NCBI RefSeq assembly: GCF_003428155.1
Contig: NZ_QLIR01000015.1
Location: 1-32,000, forward strand
Length of the DNA: 32,000 nucleotides
Reading direction: 5' to 3'
Source: Fastidiosibacter lacustris
Lineage (GTDB): Bacteria; Pseudomonadota; Gammaproteobacteria; Francisellales; Francisellaceae
The notes beneath the pieces are model-generated. The model saw only the letters and a program-made list of their open reading frames with translations, was not told where the DNA came from and ran no database searches. The position numbers and the translations under genes are program-made. Of this stretch, positions 26,674 through 32,000 are shown piece by piece. Each line of letters begins with the position of its first letter. The first letter of the stretch is position 1.

Positions 26674-27567
26674 ATGAAAAAATGTGGCTATATTGCAATT
26701 ATTGGGCGACCTAACGTAGGTAAATCAACATTGCTTAATCATATCTTAAAGTATAAAGTCAGCATAACTAGCCGCAAACCACAAACAACAAGGCATCAAA
26801 TTACAGGAGTTAAAACCGTTAAAAATGCACAGTTTATCTATGTTGATACTCCAGGCTTGCATCAAGATGAGCCACGAGCAATTAATAGAATGATGAATAG
26901 GCAAGCAATGAGTGTAATCAACGATGTTGATGTCGTGCTATTTGTTGTTGAAGTGGGTAAATGGACAGCTGCTGAAGAATGGATTTTGCAAAAACTTGGG
27001 AGCGTTAAGGTATCTGTGATATTGGTTATTAATAAAGTTGATCAACTACATAATCGCCAGCAAGAGCAATTGTTTGAAAAACAAATAAGACAAAAATATC
27101 ATTTCGCGGCGAGCTTTTTGATCTCGGCAAAACAAGGGCATTTAATCACAGAGTTGGAGCAAACAATTGAGCAGTACTTACCTGTAAGTGAACACTTTTT
27201 CTATGCTGAAGATCAAGTTACTGATCGTACAGAGCGTTTTATGATCGCAGAAATTATCCGTGAGAAACTTATGCGCACTTTAGGTCAGGAAGTGCCATAT
27301 CAATTAACGGTTGAGATCAATAAATGTAAATTTGATGAACAGCGTCAATTAATGGAAATTTTTGCAACGATTTTGGTTGAGCGTATGGGACAAAAAGCAA
27401 TGGTAATTGGCAGTAAAGGACAAAAACTCAAGAAAATTGGTAGTGAAGCACGCAAGGATATCGAATATATGCTGGGGAAAAAAGTCTTTTTGGAATTATG
27501 GGTTAAAGTCAAAGAAGGCTGGTCAGATGATGAGCGTGCACTTAAATCATTGGGATATGATTTGTAA
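26674..27567 (+). CDS. era: GTPase Era
   Basis: The track ORF starts at TTG 26581. I place the start at ATG 26674 (MKKCGYIAIIGRPNVGKSTLLN), giving 297 aa, comparable to E. coli Era. G1 GRPNVGKS, G3 DTPG and G4 NKVD are present, plus a C-terminal KH domain (VERMGQKAMVIGSKGQKLKKIG). Confidence 0.95.
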   Translation: MKKCGYIAIIGRPNVGKSTLLNHILKYKVSITSRKPQTTRHQITGVKTVKNAQFIYVDTPGLHQDEPRAINRMMNRQAMSVINDVDVVLFVVEVGKWTAAEEWILQKLGSVKVSVILVINKVDQLHNRQQEQLFEKQIRQKYHFAASFLISAKQGHLITELEQTIEQYLPVSEHFFYAEDQVTDRTERFMIAEIIREKLMRTLGQEVPYQLTVEINKCKFDEQRQLMEIFATILVERMGQKAMVIGSKGQKLKKIGSEARKDIEYMLGKKVFLELWVKVKEGWSDDERALKSLGYDL

Positions 27568-27587
27568 TTTTAAAAAGGTAATGGAAA

Positions 27588-28646
27588 ATGACAGAAGGTG
27601 ATAATATATCCACGGCTGATACATCGTTTGTAACTGAAAATGCTCAAATTGAAAATAGAAAAAATAAAGCATGGATTAAATATCTAGTTTTAGCAATTGT
27701 CGTAGTTGTCTGTGTTGGTGGTTTTTATACTTATGTAAAATATACAGAAATCTATCCATCAACAGATGACGCTTATATAAATGCCAATATTATTCAAATA
27801 TCAGCACAAGTGACAGGTAAACTTGGTAAGCTATATATTGAAAACAATCAAGAGGTCAAAAAGGGGCAGCTTTTATTTACTATCGAGTCACAGAGTTTTC
27901 AATATGCACAAGATAAAGCAAAGGCTGATTTAATCCTCTTAGAACAGGAGGTAGCTGCAATTGAAGATAATATTGAAGTACAGAAAGCTAAACTTAAACA
28001 AGCTCAAGCACAGCAGTTTGTAGCTGAACAAAAAGAAATAAGGATCATAAAACTTGTATCTAAAGGCATGGCATCTCAAGAAAATGGAGACGAGGTGAAA
28101 GGGAATTTAGAGGTTGCCAGAGCGAATGTAAATGCTGCGCTTGCAGGTATTGCCCAACAACAAAAGCAATTGGTATTACAGCAGTCTAAAATTGCAGCAG
28201 CGAAAGCAAACTTGTCTACCGCTGAACTTAACCTGAGCTATACCAAAATCTATGCACCTACCTCTGGCTTTATTACCAATTTTAATTTACAGCATGGATC
28301 TTTGATTACCCAAAATCAAAATTTATTTGTATTGGTAAGTAATGAGCATTTTTGGATAGATGCAAATTATAAAGAAACTCAAATGTCACGCATGAAAGTT
28401 GGTCAAAAAGCAACGATTAGATTGGATATGTATCAAAATGTCGAACTAAGTGGCACAATTCAAAGTATTTCTGAAGGAAGTGGTAGTATATTTTCGCTTC
28501 TTCCACCTGAAAATGCATCTGGGAACTGGGTGAAGGTAGTGCAGCGTTTTCCAGTTAAAGTTATATTAGATAAAGGGGAAATAAATAAAGTTCCACATTT
28601 ACGAGTTGGGTCATCTGCCACAGTTCAAGTCGATACAAACAGTTAA
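27588..28646 (+). CDS. emrA: HlyD-family membrane fusion protein, EmrA-like
   Basis: 352 aa. TDDAYINANIIQISAQVTGK, DANYKETQMSRMKVGQ and SLLPPENASGNWVKVVQRFPVKV closely parallel E. coli EmrA. There is a single N-terminal TM segment and a coiled-coil middle region. Confidence 0.85.
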   Translation: MTEGDNISTADTSFVTENAQIENRKNKAWIKYLVLAIVVVVCVGGFYTYVKYTEIYPSTDDAYINANIIQISAQVTGKLGKLYIENNQEVKKGQLLFTIESQSFQYAQDKAKADLILLEQEVAAIEDNIEVQKAKLKQAQAQQFVAEQKEIRIIKLVSKGMASQENGDEVKGNLEVARANVNAALAGIAQQQKQLVLQQSKIAAAKANLSTAELNLSYTKIYAPTSGFITNFNLQHGSLITQNQNLFVLVSNEHFWIDANYKETQMSRMKVGQKATIRLDMYQNVELSGTIQSISEGSGSIFSLLPPENASGNWVKVVQRFPVKVILDKGEINKVPHLRVGSSATVQVDTNS

Positions 28647-29492
28647 TTATTTAACGCCTAGCTCAATCAATCTTTCTTGTAAAAAACTATCTGCAGTTGG
28701 GTACCTTTTGGAAAGATAAACTTCAGGTTTAGCATGCATAAAGCAAGGAATAGACATCCGATCAATCCCTAGTGCTTCACCTTCTGGTTTAATAACACGG
28801 TGTTTTGTCGCAATGTACTCAAAATCAGTCATTTCTTGTAACATATCGCCGATGTTAATAATGATTGATTGTGGTTTGCAAAGTACCTCATACCATTTAT
28901 CTTCTTTATGCGAATAAACTTCTAATCCTGGAGAAGATGCAACAGGTAGTAATGTAATGAGATTGATATCTTCATGTGCAGCAGCTCGAATTGCACCTGG
29001 TTCTTCATCACCTTGGATAGCAGGATAGTGCAGAATTCTAAAGAGTGTACGTTCTAGCGACAGCGCATCAACTAAAGGCATTGCGAGCTTGTTAGATACT
29101 GCATGATCCATATGACTATCTATCCATTGCAATAGTGTTTTTCCTAACGTGAAAAGTTGATTAAACAGTTCTCGTGCTTGATTGGAAACTTCTTTTGGAT
29201 ATCGTCCATGTGGAAAATATAAATGGAAGTAATGCTTAATATCACGAGTTATTTCACCTTTGGCGATTTCAGAGACATCAAGTGGAAAGTAACCATCTTG
29301 TGTATCCTTATTATAATAATAGTTTTTTGCAGCATCAGAGTTAATGAATTGACGCCACTCGGTATAAACTTCTTCAACTAACTGCCAATCAATAGGATGT
29401 TTCTCTAATACTGCAAACCCCGTTTGTTTTAATGAGTCAGTAAAAAGTTTTGTAGCATTTGCTGCATAAAAATCAACGTTTAAAATTTTCAT
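28647..29492 (-). CDS. 2-oxoglutarate/Fe(II)-dependent oxygenase (isopenicillin N synthase-like family)
   Basis: 281 aa. Facial-triad context AAHEDINLITLL (HxD) ... ATKHRV (distal His), with RMSIPCF as the 2OG-binding Arg-x-Ser. Substrate unknown. Confidence 0.7.
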   Translation of the reverse strand: MKILNVDFYAANATKLFTDSLKQTGFAVLEKHPIDWQLVEEVYTEWRQFINSDAAKNYYYNKDTQDGYFPLDVSEIAKGEITRDIKHYFHLYFPHGRYPKEVSNQARELFNQLFTLGKTLLQWIDSHMDHAVSNKLAMPLVDALSLERTLFRILHYPAIQGDEEPGAIRAAAHEDINLITLLPVASSPGLEVYSHKEDKWYEVLCKPQSIIINIGDMLQEMTDFEYIATKHRVIKPEGEALGIDRMSIPCFMHAKPEVYLSKRYPTADSFLQERLIELGVK

Positions 29493-29754
29493 AAAATACC
29501 TTATGATTAAACCAAGTTTTGGCTATCCTAAAGAGCGAGTAAGATGATGTCAATAAATGGTAAAAGAGATGATAATAAATACCATTTTTTTTTACTTAGA
29601 TTGATTTTCTTTTAGGTTTTTTGGTAAAAATTTGCTAGAATACTGCAAATTTCTGACACCCGTATCCTTTTCATAAATTACTATATAATGATTTATTGTT
29701 AATAAATTGTGGTTGTTTATGTTAGGTATGCAAAAGTAAAAGGTATATGAGAGA

Positions 29755-30708
29755 ATGGCATTAGAGCATTTATTGCATCCAACAACAGTGAATAATCAAG
29801 AAAGAATTGGCAATCAAGCAAAGATTACTTTAGAGCCTTTGGAGCGTGGCTTTGGTCATACCTTAGGTTTTTCGTTAAAGCAAATCATGTTACACGTTTT
29901 ATCAGGTGCATCGTTAACAAAAGTTAAATTTAACGATGGTGTGAATAGTGAGGTCAAGTTAGCAACAACTGAATCAGTTGAAGAGTTATTGCTTAATTTG
30001 CAAATCATTAAGTTTAAACTGGATTCAGCTCATACCACTGGTAATATAAGTATTAAATTATCAGGAAAAGCTCGTGAAGTATACGCTGCAGACTTAACCT
30101 TATCAGAAGGTGTAGAGATTTTAAATCCTGATGTGCTTATTTGCCAATATGTAGGAAAAGATAAGCTTAGCATTGAAGGATGGATAGAGTCAGGTGCTGG
30201 TTATAAACCTGCAAATCAGAACTTTATAGATGGTTACTTTATGTTAGATGCTTCTTTTTCACCTGTTGTCAGTCTCAATTACAACGTTGAAAACGCGCGT
30301 GTTGCACAAAGAACTGACTTGGACAAACTTATTTTAGATGTGCAAACAGATGGCAGCTTGACACCTTCGGAGGCATTGAGTTTAGCGGCACAAAAGATTC
30401 AATCTCAAATGTCTAGAATTGTTGATGAAGAAGCATTAGCTGAACGTTTGCACATTGAAGAAGAACCAAAAATTGATCCGTTTTTATTAAAAACAGTAGA
30501 AGAGTTAGACTTAACTGTGCGTTCTGCAAACTGCTTGAAGTCTGAGAATATTCGTTATATTGGTGAGCTTGTTCAACGCACGGAATCTGAGCTTATGAAA
30601 ACACCAAACTTTGGACGTAAATCTTTAAATGAAATTAAAGAAAAACTTTCTTCGTATGGATACTCATTAGGCACAATTGTTGGAGATTGGTCAAGGGATT
30701 TAATATAG
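29755..30708 (+). CDS. rpoA: DNA-directed RNA polymerase alpha subunit paralog (divergent, outside the ribosomal protein operon)
   Basis: 317 aa, collinear with E. coli Rpo[13 protein letters not shown] is identical, [12 protein letters not shown] is present, and the alpha-CTD reads [10 protein letters not shown]...[10 protein letters not shown]...[13 protein letters not shown]. Conserved NTD positions are altered (see findings). No rpsD/rplQ neighbours. Confidence 0.85.
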   Translation: MALEHLLHPTTVNNQERIGNQAKITLEPLERGFGHTLGFSLKQIMLHVLSGASLTKVKFNDGVNSEVKLATTESVEELLLNLQIIKFKLDSAHTTGNISIKLSGKAREVYAADLTLSEGVEILNPDVLICQYVGKDKLSIEGWIESGAGYKPANQNFIDGYFMLDASFSPVVSLNYNVENARVAQRTDLDKLILDVQTDGSLTPSEALSLAAQKIQSQMSRIVDEEALAERLHIEEEPKIDPFLLKTVEELDLTVRSANCLKSENIRYIGELVQRTESELMKTPNFGRKSLNEIKEKLSSYGYSLGTIVGDWSRDLI

Positions 30709-30845
30709 TAGAGTCGTCAATATTAGGTTCTGTTCTGTAAACCAAAAAAACTACACGCTACGTAATTAGAGTATGCAAGATACGATGCTTGATTCAACGA
30801 TTGTAAGAGGTGCATGCTTGTTCGGCAGGTTATAAAAAGAAGGCA

Positions 30846-31036
30846 ATGCGCTTCAAGCGTTTGGTAGAAGCAAGGGTGGCTTTATCAATATGATCCTGTA
30901 CATGAAGAAAAAATTGCAAACAACTGCTTGAAGCGTTATTTTTTCTTGATTTGCATAACATGAAAAAGCATCTCAAGCAGCTGACAAGTAGTTTTAATGG
31001 GAACGGAGTATACGAGTGACAAACTAAGACACTACC
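30846..31036 (+). mobile_element. Decayed IS1-family 3' end / solo terminal repeat
   Basis: The reverse complement of 31017-31036 is GGTAGTGTCTTAGTTTGTCA. It matches the 23478 terminus GGTAGTGTCTTACTTTAGCG at 12/12 for the first 12 nt and 16/20 overall. Inward there are only short, frame-broken InsB-tail-like fragments. The inner boundary is uncertain. Confidence 0.4.
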
Positions 31037-31055
31037 CACTCACTACCTTGAATAG

Positions 31056-31913
31056 TTACCTTAAAGCAATAAGCGCTCCAACACCACTGAACAAACATCC
31101 AAATAGTAAATAAAAGGTAGGAGCAGAATCTCCAATGATTACTGAGGAAATACCGCCTATCGCGGGGAAAAGTGCTACCATATAGCTGCTTGCAGATGCT
31201 CCGATGCGCGCAACTAATTTAAGATAAAACATCCATGCAGTAAAAGAGGAAAAGACAATTAAAAACATCAAAGCCCCGAGGTAGGAAAAGGATATTGGCA
31301 ATGTAAAGCTCTGTTTTTGTATCAGACAAACCATAAGTGAAAATATAAAAGCGACGGCAAAACCAATGCTATTTGAATACATCGCATTCACACCACATCG
31401 TACATTTCTTGCGGAGGCAACATCACCAATCGCCGTCAATAGCGTTCCAAGCAATGCAATGGCTATTCCCTTTAAATTGCTCACTCCAGCGCCATTCATT
31501 AACAAAGGATAAACAAGTATGGAGACACCCATAATGCCCATCGAGCCTCCAACCAGAATTCTAGGATGAAGACGGTCTCCTAGACATATGCGAAGCGCAA
31601 TTGGAGTCATAACAGTTTTGAGTGAAAATATCAACGTTACAAGTGCAGCAGAAACCCATATTGTCGCATAATACAGGCAAATATAACTCAAGGCTAGGTT
31701 GCATATTCCAAAGCTCGCTATAGGGAGAAAATCCTGTCGAGAAAGCCTTCCCCTAGGTTTTATAAGATACAAAAAAGCAACAAACAATAAAACGGTTCCG
31801 CCCAATCGATACGTCAGCGATAATTCAAGGTTCACAGGGGTTCCTTGAATTTTGATGACGACAAAGTTCACTCCCCAAACAATGGCGCAAAAGGCGTACA
31901 TAAAAACTGTCAT
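31056..31913 (-). CDS. EamA/DMT-superfamily transporter
   Basis: 285 aa, about 10 TM segments in two repeats. The N-terminus FCAIVWGVNFVVIK is typical of EamA domains. GC is about 45-48% in three sampled 60-nt lines, above the window background. Confidence 0.75.
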   Translation of the reverse strand: MTVFMYAFCAIVWGVNFVVIKIQGTPVNLELSLTYRLGGTVLLFVAFLYLIKPRGRLSRQDFLPIASFGICNLALSYICLYYATIWVSAALVTLIFSLKTVMTPIALRICLGDRLHPRILVGGSMGIMGVSILVYPLLMNGAGVSNLKGIAIALLGTLLTAIGDVASARNVRCGVNAMYSNSIGFAVAFIFSLMVCLIQKQSFTLPISFSYLGALMFLIVFSSFTAWMFYLKLVARIGASASSYMVALFPAIGGISSVIIGDSAPTFYLLFGCLFSGVGALIALR

Positions 31914-32000
31914 GCGTTTAAAAAATCCTGCTCGTGACTGAAAGAAATTCCAAAATAGTGAAAAACTTCCGTGAGTGCGAAAGCTAATTTCTCGATCTGC

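Noticed and set aside
30830-31039. 69-aa minus-strand ORF from the track.
   Set aside because: It runs antisense through the decayed IS terminus, starts inside the inverted repeat, has no SD and has a Cys/Leu/Phe-rich nonsense-like sequence. An IS remnant explains it better.
31914-32000. The open reading frame continues in frame upstream of the EamA ATG to the window edge (...SLFWNFFQSRAGFFKR-MTVF...).
   Set aside because: I could not decide whether this is a longer N-terminus or an upstream gene, because no start codon is visible within the 87 nt. I kept the ATG at 31913, which gives a normal EamA N-terminus.

Overview
AT-rich chromosomal segment (hand-sampled 60-nt lines give about 27-40% GC, with two patches near 45-50%) from a gammaproteobacterium. 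A stand-alone second rpoA-type gene suggests a Francisella-like or other host-associated Thiotrichales lineage, but I cannot confirm the taxon. I support about 29 intact protein genes, almost all housekeeping: feoAB, wrbA, yihY, priA, carA, dut, pgsA, yajC-secDF, a ClC channel, a BioC-like protein, secB, mfd, tag, an MFS exporter, glk, a delta-9-type desaturase, era, an EmrA-like fusion protein, a 2OG-Fe(II) oxygenase, an rpoA paralog and an EamA transporter. Gene order is heavily shuffled relative to the enterobacterial paradigm: carA lacks carB, era lacks rnc/recO, and emrA lacks emrB. There are clear marks of IS activity and gene decay: an internally deleted IS1-family element, a second IS1-type terminus, and a frameshifted dtd remnant. 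I found no rRNA, tRNA or CRISPR, and no recognisable defence, toxin-antitoxin, secretion-system or biosynthetic cluster. I cannot point to a convincing novel multi-gene system. The most notable item is the divergent RNA polymerase alpha paralog sitting beside an IS remnant. All homology statements are by-eye comparisons with remembered reference sequences (mostly E. coli) and need database confirmation.
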